The notes below the pieces were generated by a model that saw nothing but the letters and a program-made list of their open reading frames with translations, had not been told where the DNA came from and did not search any database. Positions 1 through 9,736 of a stretch of 64,000 bases of DNA are shown piece by piece. The DNA is from Sedimentisphaeraceae bacterium JB056 (GTDB lineage: Bacteria > Planctomycetota > Phycisphaerae > Sedimentisphaerales > Sedimentisphaeraceae). The position numbers were made by a program, and so were the translations under genes. The stretch spans positions 224,001 to 288,000 of the forward strand of contig JBITAJ010000022.1 in the NCBI GenBank assembly GCA_044440125.1, given 5' to 3'. Position 1 is the stretch's first letter. Each line of letters starts with the position of its first letter.

Positions 1-656
1 TCGTCTTCATTATATACTTTGCTTGGAATAGCAATTTGATCTTTGAGTTTGTTGTATGTCCCGTCAAAACTCTCTTGCTCACTTCCATGAAATGGCCTGT
101 GAGGGTCAAGCGAATTAGCCATTATAAAAAAGGGTTTATTGCGAGATTTAGCGGTTTTGATCTGATCAGTTACAACATTATAATATATCTCTGGATTCCT
201 GCCGTAACCGACATTTGAGTAATGCTCTGTGAAATCCCATCTGTGTGACTCTACCGATCCTACCACCTTACAAATACACGCATTATAATAACCGTCTTTT
301 TTCAGGATTGCACCAAGAGTCGGAACATTATCATACAGATCGGTGAAACCTTTGGCTCCGTTTTTGTGCGGATACTGACCTGTAAGAATAGCTTGTCTGC
401 TCGGAGTGCAAACAGCACATGCTATATGTGCATTTTTGAAGCGAACTCCGCCTGAGGCCAAAGTATCAATATTCGGAGTAAGATCTTTTACACAGCCACC
501 AAAACATCCCGGACTGTCAAAGTTCATATCATCAACAGTAATAATAAGCAAGTTTGGCTTTGAACCTGCTTTTGGGGTAGATGCATCAGAAACCTTACCG
601 CAAAAAGCAGCTGAGATTGATGCCAAAGAGAATTTCATAAAATCTCTACGTAACAT
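1..656 (-). CDS. Tat-exported sulfatase (N-terminal part; runs off the left edge; not in the ORF track)
   Basis: Manual minus-strand translation from the ATG at 656: MLRRDFMKFSLASISAAFCG...KPNLLIITVDD...TPNIDTLASGGVRF...CAVCTPSRQAILTGQYP...KPFFIMANSLDPHRPF. It has an RRxF Tat motif and the CxPSR formylglycine motif. Confidence 0.9.
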   Translation of the reverse strand, partial: MLRRDFMKFSLASISAAFCGKVSDASTPKAGSKPNLLIITVDDMNFDSPGCFGGCVKDLTPNIDTLASGGVRFKNAHIACAVCTPSRQAILTGQYPHKNGAKGFTDLYDNVPTLGAILKKDGYYNACICKVVGSVESHRWDFTEHYSNVGYGRNPEIYYNVVTDQIKTAKSRNKPFFIMANSLDPHRPFHGSEQESFDGTYNKLKDQIAIPSKVYNED

Positions 657-657
657 T

Positions 658-1839
658 TTATCCTATAACCCCAACACTACTTTGCCTTACTTTAAGCTCA
701 ACAGGAACTATTCTATTGATTCTCTGATATGCCAAAGATGGATTACCTATTATACTCTCAAGAAGCTTCGCTGCCTCATAACCAACTTTTTCATCAAACT
801 GTGCTACGCTGCTAAGAGGCACATCCATTCTTTCACAGTAAGGCTTATCACCGAAACCTACAACAAAGAAGTTTTCACCAAGACACCACCCATGATCCCT
901 TGCCGCTTCACTTATAACTCTTGCAGCATCATCATTAGTACAAAAAACACAACACTTATCCGATGTCACCGATTCAATGAGCTTCAAACCCTTCTCGTAT
1001 GCCGGCTTCTCCCATTCAGTAGAGTTTATTCCAGAAGACTGATTTTCTGCCAGCGGAATCTCCCATAAATAATCGTTGGCAAAATCAAGATGCGTAAAGT
1101 GTTCTTTCATCGCCTGATACCAACCTTGATGCCTCAGATGAGATGAACTTGGTCGACCGGTATGCCCGAAATAATAGACAGGACAATCATGCTGATCTAT
1201 CAGATGGTTTGTTGCAATATAACCACCGGAAAAATTGTCTACGCATGCAGAACTAATATCCAGATTAAGGAAGAACCTGTCAACAAAAACAATCTTAACA
1301 CCTTTTTTCTGCACCTTTTTTAAGGAAGCTATATATTCCTTTGTATCAATAGGATACACAATAAGTCCATCAACTCCTTCTGACTCTGCAACAAGGACAT
1401 CTGGATTGTAGGGATGAGCAAAAGAGGAGTCAACAACCTTCATCTCATACCCGTTAGCATCTACAAAATCACTTATCCCCTTCTCAAGATTTAAGAACTG
1501 TGCATCATTACACCATCTGTGAAAAGCAAATTTAAGAACTTCTTTATTATCATTTTTAAGAACAACAGGGCCTTTGCCTCTGCCGGCTTCACACTTGATA
1601 AGATTTTCCTGTTCGAGTAAATCGAGAGCATTCTTGATGGTAGGATATGCGATATTCCATTCTTTCATCATTTCTGATATTGCAGGAAGCCTCATGCCAG
1701 CTTTCACACCGGAAGAATTGATTTGTAATTTGATGTGCTCGGCAACCTGCTCATATATAGGTTTGTTTTTACCCGGACGGGTATCTATATCTATATTATC
1801 CAAAACTTTTATCATAAGCCTGCTTCCTATCGAAAACAA
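658..1839 (-). CDS. GntR-HTH / LacI-type sugar-binding transcriptional regulator (AraR-like)
   Basis: N-terminal PIYEQVAEHI...GMRLP...TIKNAL winged HTH followed by a periplasmic-binding-protein-like domain (VFVDR, VVGFGD, PLSSVAQ). The real start may be the ATG at 1815. Confidence 0.88.
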   Translation of the reverse strand: MFSIGSRLMIKVLDNIDIDTRPGKNKPIYEQVAEHIKLQINSSGVKAGMRLPAISEMMKEWNIAYPTIKNALDLLEQENLIKCEAGRGKGPVVLKNDNKEVLKFAFHRWCNDAQFLNLEKGISDFVDANGYEMKVVDSSFAHPYNPDVLVAESEGVDGLIVYPIDTKEYIASLKKVQKKGVKIVFVDRFFLNLDISSACVDNFSGGYIATNHLIDQHDCPVYYFGHTGRPSSSHLRHQGWYQAMKEHFTHLDFANDYLWEIPLAENQSSGINSTEWEKPAYEKGLKLIESVTSDKCCVFCTNDDAARVISEAARDHGWCLGENFFVVGFGDKPYCERMDVPLSSVAQFDEKVGYEAAKLLESIIGNPSLAYQRINRIVPVELKVRQSSVGVIG

Positions 1840-2040
1840 TCACACAAATTTTAGCACCATCACTATATAACCCATATTAAAAAAAGTGCGGCAATTTAGC
1901 AAGCATTAAATCACTTATTTTTTAGTTTTTTGTAAATAATTTTTATATTAACATAAAATATACCAAATATTAAACTAAAACCTAAACACAAGAAAAGCAC
2001 ACAAAGCCTTTACAAAGAAACACTTAAAGAGTATCCCAAA

Positions 2041-2077
2041 AATATAACATAACCTCAAAAATAAGTTATGTTATATT
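2041..2077. promoter_or_regulatory. Perfect 13-bp inverted repeat, candidate operator
   Basis: AATATAACATAAC-N11-GTTATGTTATATT lies between the ccsA stop and the regulator gene. It is AT-rich, so more operator-like than terminator-like. Confidence 0.45.
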
Positions 2078-2133
2078 AAAGTATTTTTTTAATGCACACC
2101 GTTGATAAACAAACAACATCATTTTTCTGGTTT

Positions 2134-2919
2134 TCAGCCAGCATAGTTATGCAGGCCGGTGAATACCCGGGAAAGATTAACCCAAACGAGCGTGAGAACT
2201 ATGAAAACCATGCCTATGATTACCAGCCAGTGGTTTATTAGTACATATTTGGTACCGAAACGATACCTGAAGTGGAGATATACGACAAATGCAAGCCAGC
2301 TTACCAGCGACCAGAGCTCTTTGGGGTCCCAGCCCCAGAAACGCCCCCATGCGACCTTGGCCCAGAAACAGCCCAGCAGCAGTCCCAGCGTTAGAAGCGG
2401 AAATCCCAGACACACCATAGTGTAACTGTCGGCCTCGGCTTTGACCCTTGCGGCGGATCGCGAAGGCATTATGGCTGCCGCTGATATTGCCGCGGCTTTG
2501 AACATCAGCACATAAGAAAGCATATAGGCCGCTACGTGAGGGCCGAAAAGAGCCGATTGCAGCGCCGGGGGCAGCAGTCGCGGCTGAGCGGAGAAAACGA
2601 ACCCGGCGGGAAAGATAAGCAGTATTGCGATGAAGATGTCGAGCAAAACACTGTCTATGGCGAGGTATTTTTGCGTAAACACCGAAAGCGGATAGACCAG
2701 TGCGGTAAGGCAAAGGAATATCTCAAAGATGGTCTGCATGGGTAAATGAGCGACCCATATCCACCTGTAAATAACGGCGGAAAAATTAATGATGAAACCG
2801 ACCATAAACAGCATATCCGAAAGTTTCACCTTTTTGGAGAGCCGCAAGGCATACGCAAGGACATAGCAAAACATCACCGCGTACAGAAATATCCCTATGA
2901 CCGATGTCTTAAGTTCCAC
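2134..2919 (-). CDS. ccsA: Cytochrome c synthase, System II (CcsA/ResC)
   Basis: WWD motif WAKVAWGRFWGWDPKE, conserved His residues (HLP, GPHV, C-terminal GLHNY) and multiple TM helices. Confidence 0.95.
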   Translation of the reverse strand: MELKTSVIGIFLYAVMFCYVLAYALRLSKKVKLSDMLFMVGFIINFSAVIYRWIWVAHLPMQTIFEIFLCLTALVYPLSVFTQKYLAIDSVLLDIFIAILLIFPAGFVFSAQPRLLPPALQSALFGPHVAAYMLSYVLMFKAAAISAAAIMPSRSAARVKAEADSYTMVCLGFPLLTLGLLLGCFWAKVAWGRFWGWDPKELWSLVSWLAFVVYLHFRYRFGTKYVLINHWLVIIGMVFIVLTLVWVNLSRVFTGLHNYAG

Positions 2920-3922
2920 TTATCCTCCTTCTTACCATGGAGCGGCGATCAAACCACATCAGGTAAAATATTCCGATCCCCAGCAGCCCAAAACCCATAT
3001 ACGAAATAAAAGCTCCCGAATCCGAATGCACCGAGAGCACTGTGTAGCTGCCGGCTTCGTCGTCGTACGACGACTGGTAAAAATGGTATCCGCCGTAATG
3101 AAGCGGCTTGTTGACCTCTAAAGCGTAAGTTTTAACGACCTGGTCATCTTCAATAACCTCTATCTCACTGACATAATCGCTGATGGTACGCTGATAGGAA
3201 ACGCCCGCCGTTTTCATCGGCCCCCCGCTCATCAAGCCCGGCTTGAAAGCATAGCGGTTAACAACTTTGCCGTCTGGGAGAGTTATTTTCACCTGCGCGG
3301 CATAGTTGAGTCCTTCGCCGGGCTTATCGGTAACCTCACGTTTGCCGCCGGCGATATCGATCTTGAAATTGTCAAATTTACGAACGATATCTATCTTAGT
3401 TCCGTCATCGAGTACGATATCTGTCGCCCTATCCGCGGGAAAACTGAGAACGTTGCTGCCGCCGGTATTTATGTAAATCTCATCCTGGGGATAATAAAGA
3501 ACCTTAAATTCATTGAGCCCGATCGAAAAAGGCAATTCTTCATATTCCTTGTTACCCGTATACACCTTATTATCGGCATATCCTTCAGGTATAAGCATAT
3601 TACCAGAATATATCTTGTTCGTATCGAAATACTTTTCGGAAAGCACGTGCCCTTTTTCCGAGCCGATCATGCCACCGGCAATTATCAGTATGGGCCCGAT
3701 ATGCACCGCGATAAGCCCAATATTGCGGCTGAGGGATCGATAGAATATGACCCCCGCGCAAAACATGACCAGAACCGCAAACCAGAAAACGATCATCGCC
3801 GTACTGTTAAAAAAGGTGCTCGCCTTATCGGCACCGAGAAACGCTCCGTATATCGAAAGTATTACAAGAACGACAAGCAGCAGTAGTGTAATATTTATGC
3901 TTATTTTACGTATGCTTTTCAT
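2909..3922 (-). CDS. ccsB: Cytochrome c biogenesis protein ResB/CcsB
   Basis: N-terminal TM helices with a conserved His (AVHIG), C-terminal VNKPLHYGGYHFYQSSY followed by a TM helix. Overlaps ccsA. Confidence 0.88.
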   Translation of the reverse strand: MKSIRKISINITLLLLVVLVILSIYGAFLGADKASTFFNSTAMIVFWFAVLVMFCAGVIFYRSLSRNIGLIAVHIGPILIIAGGMIGSEKGHVLSEKYFDTNKIYSGNMLIPEGYADNKVYTGNKEYEELPFSIGLNEFKVLYYPQDEIYINTGGSNVLSFPADRATDIVLDDGTKIDIVRKFDNFKIDIAGGKREVTDKPGEGLNYAAQVKITLPDGKVVNRYAFKPGLMSGGPMKTAGVSYQRTISDYVSEIEVIEDDQVVKTYALEVNKPLHYGGYHFYQSSYDDEAGSYTVLSVHSDSGAFISYMGFGLLGIGIFYLMWFDRRSMVRRRISGT

Positions 3923-3934
3923 AATTAAAGGGAC

Positions 3935-4747
3935 TCAGTATCCCGGCCCCCAGAATAGAGAGTTTTCTTCGGCGTTGACGAGACGTTTATCCGGCCAGAA
4001 CATATAGCCGCCGTCTGCGTATGGCCAGGGTATCATGGACCTGTCGGTCGTGCAATCGATGCCCCTTGTCAACTCGATATGGCCGTCAACGAATAAAATG
4101 TTCATCGAGCCACTGTGGTAAAAACCGCTTGTCATGCGGTGATGTCCGTCGAGACGCAGGGCGGAACGCATGGTATTGGGGTGTTTGGCGTCATAAATCT
4201 GGCCGCAGTAGCTCGTTTCACCCATAAGCATACATTGTGAGGGACTCTTGATCTGGTCGAACCGGAAGTTTGCCGCCGGGCCGAACTGAATGCTCCTACC
4301 GTCGATGCCATCAGCATCATAGTAACCGTTAAGAGCATAACTGGTCATTCCCACTTTGTGTGGATATCCGCGGAAACCCATCGGATAGGGGTCCCTGTCT
4401 TCGGGGCATTTCCAAAGCTGCGGGTAAGGGTCGGCAAGCATATCTTTGACCCTGCCGTGCTGAACGTAGGGTGTCAGTATCACGTGCCAGAGGCTCTCGA
4501 CCTCTGCGGTGGTGTGAGCAAAGAGCATTTCGCGGGCTGTGATTATATAATTATCATAATCGTGGGCGTAAAGATCCATCGCCATTCTTATCTGACGAAT
4601 ACTGTCTGAGCATTGGAGCTTACGCGCACTGCCCTTTGCCTTGCTCAGGGCCGGCATAAGAACCGACATCAGCACCGTAATAACGGCGATAACCACCAGC
4701 AGCTCAATCAGCGTGAATCCGGCCGCTTTTGTTTCTTTTTTCTGCAT
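3935..4747 (-). CDS. Prepilin-type N-terminal cleavage/methylation protein with H-X9-DG motif (DUF1559 family)
   Basis: GFTLIELLVVIAVI...PALSKA...C at the N-terminus and HSGSMNILFVDGH at the C-terminus. Confidence 0.92.
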   Translation of the reverse strand: MQKKETKAAGFTLIELLVVIAVITVLMSVLMPALSKAKGSARKLQCSDSIRQIRMAMDLYAHDYDNYIITAREMLFAHTTAEVESLWHVILTPYVQHGRVKDMLADPYPQLWKCPEDRDPYPMGFRGYPHKVGMTSYALNGYYDADGIDGRSIQFGPAANFRFDQIKSPSQCMLMGETSYCGQIYDAKHPNTMRSALRLDGHHRMTSGFYHSGSMNILFVDGHIELTRGIDCTTDRSMIPWPYADGGYMFWPDKRLVNAEENSLFWGPGY

Positions 4748-4766
4748 ACCTTGCCAGTTTACTCGT

Positions 4767-5630
4767 TTAGTTAGAGCCCAGCCACATAGTTGAAAAATAT
4801 TTTATATCTTCTTCACCGACAATCCCGTTTCCGTCAAAATCGGCTCCAGCGTCGGCAGTAGCCCATTTTTCGGCTATCTCAGAAAAATCCTGATAGTTCA
4901 CGACGCCGCTTCTGTTTAAATCGGCCTTGAGAACGAACCGCGTATCAATATCTACCCGATCGATCATGCTGGCACCGAGCCTTTCAGGATCGGGAAGTTC
5001 AGGGTCAAAATAGGCCCATACCTTGATATAATCATTGTCTCCACCTTCGGCTACCTCGTAGACACTCGTATATCGATACCATAAAGCGGAGTATCCTTCG
5101 GCTTCATCGAGCATATCCACAGTTTCGCTTACCTTCTTAATCTCATCGATATCAGTGTATGCCGCATCCCTGGCGATCTCAACAGAAGCGACCTGTCCGC
5201 CGTCTTTGCGGGCATACACTATCGTCTGAACCCATAGCTGCCTGATCAGGTCCGAACCAGTGGCAACTGATGGCACGGTAAAGCCGACAGATGTATCACC
5301 CATTCCGCCATACATTGCGACCCTGCCGGTTTGTATTGACTCAGGCACATACATCCAGCCTTTCATATAAATATGCGAATTGTAAAACGAATCAAGCATC
5401 GGGTCGCCGTATGAATTAATCATATTCGGTTCTCCTTCAGGCAAACCGCCCAACGGAAGACCGGTAGTCACCATCGAGGGCGTGCCATATTCACCATCAT
5501 CACCGAAATCCCAGCTTTGATGAGTATAAGCCGTTTGTCCTTCCCACTGCGGCGGGCTGTCATAATCCGCCTGTATTTCAAAACTCAAAATCATAAGAAC
5601 CGTTATCGAAGTCAAAAACAGCTTATTCAT
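4767..5630 (-). CDS. Secreted protein with C-terminal dockerin-like (duplicated Ca-binding) module
   Basis: Signal peptide from MNKLFLTS (the ORF track starts at 5702). C-terminus ADLNRSGVVNYQDFSEIAEKW...ADFDGNGIVGEEDIKYFSTMWL. Confidence 0.75.
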   Translation of the reverse strand: MNKLFLTSITVLMILSFEIQADYDSPPQWEGQTAYTHQSWDFGDDGEYGTPSMVTTGLPLGGLPEGEPNMINSYGDPMLDSFYNSHIYMKGWMYVPESIQTGRVAMYGGMGDTSVGFTVPSVATGSDLIRQLWVQTIVYARKDGGQVASVEIARDAAYTDIDEIKKVSETVDMLDEAEGYSALWYRYTSVYEVAEGGDNDYIKVWAYFDPELPDPERLGASMIDRVDIDTRFVLKADLNRSGVVNYQDFSEIAEKWATADAGADFDGNGIVGEEDIKYFSTMWLGSN

Positions 5631-5741
5631 TTTTTTACAATTCCATCCTTTCGTTGTTACCACATCATCAGTAAAGATTAATATAAATCGCTTGTTTTTC
5701 AAGCTAAAATTTCAGCGACGGCCCGTTTAGCCGCCATTGCA

Positions 5742-7562
5742 TCACGGCATTACCAGATTTCTGTCGGGTCTTGAGAAATTATGACACCAAGAACAGTCCC
5801 TTCTCTTATCCGTAACGTGTTTATTGTGCATATTTGAGAACGACATACCATCTTCGATCCCGTGACACTGAGTACATACACTGGCCATGCTCCCCTTGAG
5901 TGCATAACCAAGATCACCTGTCAAATCCATCCTTGCTGGATCAGTACTTAGAGATTCGTGGCAATCTCCGCAGGATAGGGCATTGTAAGTAGGTTCTACC
6001 GTATGGTTTATTGTCTGATAAGTATGCACTGGAACAAGTGACCATGTACCTGTCATACCTGAGAGCTGCTTACCTTCTTCGACAGCCAAAGCAAAATCAC
6101 CCGTAAGGAAATAAGTACTAGTAGCATGGGGAACAAAAACGCCGTTGCCAAGTATAGCCGAATTGGAGAAATGCTCTTTCATCGGATGTATCTTAGCACC
6201 CGGAGTATTCACCCAACCATTAGGGGCACCAAATTCATACTGACCTGCCGGATTAAGCTGAGCAACCTCCCCGACTGCGTAAACGCGGCTGGTGCCGTCG
6301 TACCATTTATAAGTAGGTACAACGAACATCTCCCTGATATCCTCGGGTACATATCCGCCCTGTCCACCGAAAAGCCCAGGATTCCATACAGGGCTCTCCC
6401 AGTCTCTCTCCATTTCAGTACTGTCAAGTTTGGCGAATGATGGTATATGACAGCTCTGGCAAGCTATCCTGCCGGTATGCTGGTCAAGCCTGGTATTGCT
6501 GTGCGGTGTTTCGGAATGGCAGCCACCGGAGGTACATGTAAGCCTTTCATTGACATCATTTGGACGTAAATCGAGGCCGCGGCCAAGCACATGGTGATTT
6601 GTTGAGGTATGACATTGCTGACAGTTGAAATTTTGCCCTTGCTCAGACATATGAACATCCGCCCACAACGGCGGGCTTACACTTGCCGAACCGAGATCAC
6701 CCCTTTTGCCGCAATCAGTTCCGGCAGCATAAGCGTGGCATCGCAGACATGTGGCCCTTGTAGGCGTATGAACGGTCTGCGCGGCCTGAACGATATCAAT
6801 AGCCATCGCGTTTGCGTTCGGGCCATACTGATAATCACCGTTTGCGTTCTCGGAAGGCAGCATCCATGTTCTGGCTATCCCCTGATAATCAGTAAACATC
6901 ACACTTTCCCGCCATTGATAATTACATGGTGCATCGGGGTCTGTACACATATTCCATTGATCCGAAAACATAGCGTAATCACCCATGTCAATATCGCCTG
7001 ACTGAGCGATATCGGTATATTCACAGCCGGTTACGACATCACAGCCTGTGCTCAGCCATTGCTGTGCAAGATGAACAAGATCGGTGGTGTTGACGTAGCG
7101 ATCAAGATTAAAATCGGCCGAATCAAACGGAGCGACCACCGTACGCGAATACATCGCACTGTGGCACATCAAACAATCTATATTATTGATCTGCTCGATG
7201 CTCGCCTGCGGATCGGGAGCTTTGCCGTTACCGACGTGGCAACCCCAGCAGGCGAATCGTCTGGAAGTAATTACCGTTCCGCAATAGGTATTAAAGCCCC
7301 TGTCAGCCTTGCCCGCGGTACCGGTTAAATTGGTAACGTTAGGCGTCTGCCCAGTCCACTGATAATGCACGGAACTGAACATATCCATAGCCTCTTGTTC
7401 ATGACATCTGGTACATGTACGGGGGCCTTCGTAGCTGTCTATAGCCATATGCTCAGGAACCATCTGAAGCTGTGAAACCTGTGCGAATGAAAATGAGACG
7501 CAAATCAATGCAACTGTCATAAAAACAGTGCCAACCCTTTTTTGTAAAAACAGATCTTTCAT
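5742..7562 (-). CDS. Multiheme cytochrome c, octaheme tetrathionate reductase (OTR)-like, 10 heme motifs, with internal dockerin-like insert
   Basis: Signal peptide. Heme motifs CTRCH, CWGCH, CLMCH, CLRCH, CQQCH, CTSGGCH (CX4CH), CQSCH, CGDCH, CTQCH, CSWCH. OTR-type 'HYQW...GK...FNTYC' segment and IACQSCHIP. Confidence 0.85.
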   Translation of the reverse strand: MKDLFLQKRVGTVFMTVALICVSFSFAQVSQLQMVPEHMAIDSYEGPRTCTRCHEQEAMDMFSSVHYQWTGQTPNVTNLTGTAGKADRGFNTYCGTVITSRRFACWGCHVGNGKAPDPQASIEQINNIDCLMCHSAMYSRTVVAPFDSADFNLDRYVNTTDLVHLAQQWLSTGCDVVTGCEYTDIAQSGDIDMGDYAMFSDQWNMCTDPDAPCNYQWRESVMFTDYQGIARTWMLPSENANGDYQYGPNANAMAIDIVQAAQTVHTPTRATCLRCHAYAAGTDCGKRGDLGSASVSPPLWADVHMSEQGQNFNCQQCHTSTNHHVLGRGLDLRPNDVNERLTCTSGGCHSETPHSNTRLDQHTGRIACQSCHIPSFAKLDSTEMERDWESPVWNPGLFGGQGGYVPEDIREMFVVPTYKWYDGTSRVYAVGEVAQLNPAGQYEFGAPNGWVNTPGAKIHPMKEHFSNSAILGNGVFVPHATSTYFLTGDFALAVEEGKQLSGMTGTWSLVPVHTYQTINHTVEPTYNALSCGDCHESLSTDPARMDLTGDLGYALKGSMASVCTQCHGIEDGMSFSNMHNKHVTDKRRDCSWCHNFSRPDRNLVMP

Positions 7563-7665
7563 GATCCCTCCTAGTGAAACTTATATGCAATTATTAACTC
7601 AATTGTATCACCAAAACCATTTTAATCTATCAGGTTATTCCTTATTTCGTTATTTACGAAAGTCA

Positions 7666-9219
7666 TCAACGACAACCGCCCATTGAGTACTCAGCGGCCA
7701 GTTCTCCAAGATCAAACACATCTACAATACCATCAATAACAATGTCTTCCGGGCATAATATACAGGGAACAAGCCATTTCTGTGTAAGTAAATTCAAATC
7801 GACAAGATCAACAGAGCCACTATCATTTATATCAGCAACACAAACTTCATCTCTCAAGTATTCGTAAGCTGCTGCAACATCGACAAAGCCATATCCATAA
7901 TCATAATCAGGGCCACTCTCGCCCAGATCTTCCGCTGTATATTTCAATGCCTCTATTATCTCCAAAGCCGAGGCACGCCCAAACGCCTGCTTCAGCAACG
8001 CTGCTGCTCCAGCTATATGAGGAGCGGCAATGGACGTTCCCGAAGTATAAGTATATGAAAGAGGAATGACACCACCAAAGGTAAGGTCTGTCGTATTCAC
8101 ACTCACACCCGGTGCAGAAAGCGAAGGAAATATCTCCGAACCGCAAGGTGTCGGACCACGGCTACTGAATGTTGATACGATCTTGCTGCTGTTTACACTG
8201 CCGACTGAAAGAAGCTCCGGGTAATTGGCAGGACTAAGACTCGTTGATTCACCAGGACCAGAATTACCAGCCGAACAAACTACGATAATACCAAGTTGCT
8301 GAAGCAACTGAATATCAGGCAAAAACTCAGTCTCACACTGACCTACCGCATCCGTTATACCCCATGAATTATTCACTATATCAGGGCAGTCATCAGTTGA
8401 TGGATCGCCATCAGGATCGAGAAGCCATTGAAGACATTGATGTATCTTACTGTAAGAGGCCTCATTAGAATCATCGAATATTTTAGCTGCAATCCACTGC
8501 GCGTCAAAGGCTGCCCCTATTGTAATTCCGCTATTATCGCCGCCAACAATAACTCCAGTAACATTGGTGCCGTGACCATCAACATCATAAGGCTCCAGCG
8601 TGAAATTATAAGGATCGTACCAACTATTATTTCCACCTCTCCATTTTGCCGACAAATCGGGGTGAAGGAAATCAACGCCGCTGTCTAACACTGCAACTAC
8701 AACACCGCTGCCCGTAAATCCCATATCCCATAAAGGTGAGACATTTATCAGTTGTATATTTGACTGAGCAACAGATAGAGTCGAAACATTTTGGTTAAAT
8801 ACAGATAATTCGACAATATCATCATATCTTATATCAACTACTCCGTCAAGCAATTCGAGTTCGCTGATAACAGAAACAGGGGCTTTGAGTGACAAAGAAT
8901 TGATAGACCAGAGAGAAACAGGCTCCTTCATATTTTTACTACGGAGAAAATCTTTAACGGCCTTCTGAGAAAGACGAGCGTTTTGCTTGAGTGAAGTAAC
9001 AGCAATCTCTCTAAAAGCCTTAATTGAATGGTTGTTGTTTTTTTTAATATCGGTCTGAGGACTAAAGGTAACAATTACAGGCAACATCTGCCCTTTAGAA
9101 GCAGTTTTAATTTTTTCCTGTAATGATGGAGCCAAAACAGACGATGCTGTTATGCTTTCAAAGCATAACAGCATGAAAATTATAACAATCAAAATGAGGC
9201 TGTGCTCATTATTTCTCAT
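7666..9219 (-). CDS. S8 subtilisin-like serine peptidase with propeptide and C-terminal dockerin-like module
   Basis: Catalytic triad motifs VAVLDSGVD, GHGTNVTG and GTSIAAPH. C-terminus ADINDSGSVDLVDLNLLTQKWL...EDIVIDGIVDVFDL. Confidence 0.93.
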   Translation of the reverse strand: MRNNEHSLILIVIIFMLLCFESITASSVLAPSLQEKIKTASKGQMLPVIVTFSPQTDIKKNNNHSIKAFREIAVTSLKQNARLSQKAVKDFLRSKNMKEPVSLWSINSLSLKAPVSVISELELLDGVVDIRYDDIVELSVFNQNVSTLSVAQSNIQLINVSPLWDMGFTGSGVVVAVLDSGVDFLHPDLSAKWRGGNNSWYDPYNFTLEPYDVDGHGTNVTGVIVGGDNSGITIGAAFDAQWIAAKIFDDSNEASYSKIHQCLQWLLDPDGDPSTDDCPDIVNNSWGITDAVGQCETEFLPDIQLLQQLGIIVVCSAGNSGPGESTSLSPANYPELLSVGSVNSSKIVSTFSSRGPTPCGSEIFPSLSAPGVSVNTTDLTFGGVIPLSYTYTSGTSIAAPHIAGAAALLKQAFGRASALEIIEALKYTAEDLGESGPDYDYGYGFVDVAAAYEYLRDEVCVADINDSGSVDLVDLNLLTQKWLVPCILCPEDIVIDGIVDVFDLGELAAEYSMGGCR

Positions 9220-9736
9220 AGACCCTGTTTACTTCAATATTTTTAATTTCATTGTCATCAAGTACTATTGAAACTTTATCTCCATCTTCAACAATACGCC
9301 CTGGATTCGCAAATAATATAAAATACACCTTGCCCTCTTTCGGAGGGTTTGAGGTTTGACTCAGAGAGCCAACTTTTGGGGGAGCAGGAACTATAAGCTT
9401 TGCTCCTGTCCTTTCGTGAATCATATAAGGTTTTGTCTTGTCAGTTATAAGCTGCTCTGCTTTCTCTGCATCAGTTACACGATACCTGAAATCAAGCATA
9501 TAACCTTCCGCCGACAACCTCAAACTTTCCGCTTTGATGCCCGGCAATTCTGTAGGCTGCGTACTATAACCGTCACAGCTGCATAAAGATCTGCAGCCGC
9601 CGGTTATAATACATAGAGATGCAATTAAGAATATAGCAAAAAAACTTTTTCTCGACTTTATAGTCTGTCCAATTCTCTCAATCATTTGTGTCTTTTTCAT
9701 ATTAATCAGTATATCAGTTATTATAAGTTTCCGCAA
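9209..9736 (-). CDS. Conserved hypothetical probable lipoprotein of the MCO gene cluster
   Basis: Hydrophobic stretch ending in Cys (IITGGC), followed by a compact domain (LSAEGYMLDFRYRV...PKVGSL...YFILFANPG). Overlaps both neighbours. Start uncertain. Confidence 0.7.
   Translation of the reverse strand: MRKLIITDILINMKKTQMIERIGQTIKSRKSFFAIFLIASLCIITGGCRSLCSCDGYSTQPTELPGIKAESLRLSAEGYMLDFRYRVTDAEKAEQLITDKTKPYMIHERTGAKLIVPAPPKVGSLSQTSNPPKEGKVYFILFANPGRIVEDGDKVSIVLDDNEIKNIEVNRVYEK

Noticed and set aside
36..1068. Plus-strand ORFs 36..218 and 406..1068
   Set aside because: They are antisense shadows of the minus-strand sulfatase and regulator and carry no recognisable motifs.
5742..7562. OmcZ/OmcS-type nanowire cytochrome
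   Set aside because: Heme spacing and the GK…NxxC segment fit the OTR family better. Only the adjacent subtilase is reminiscent of omcZ.
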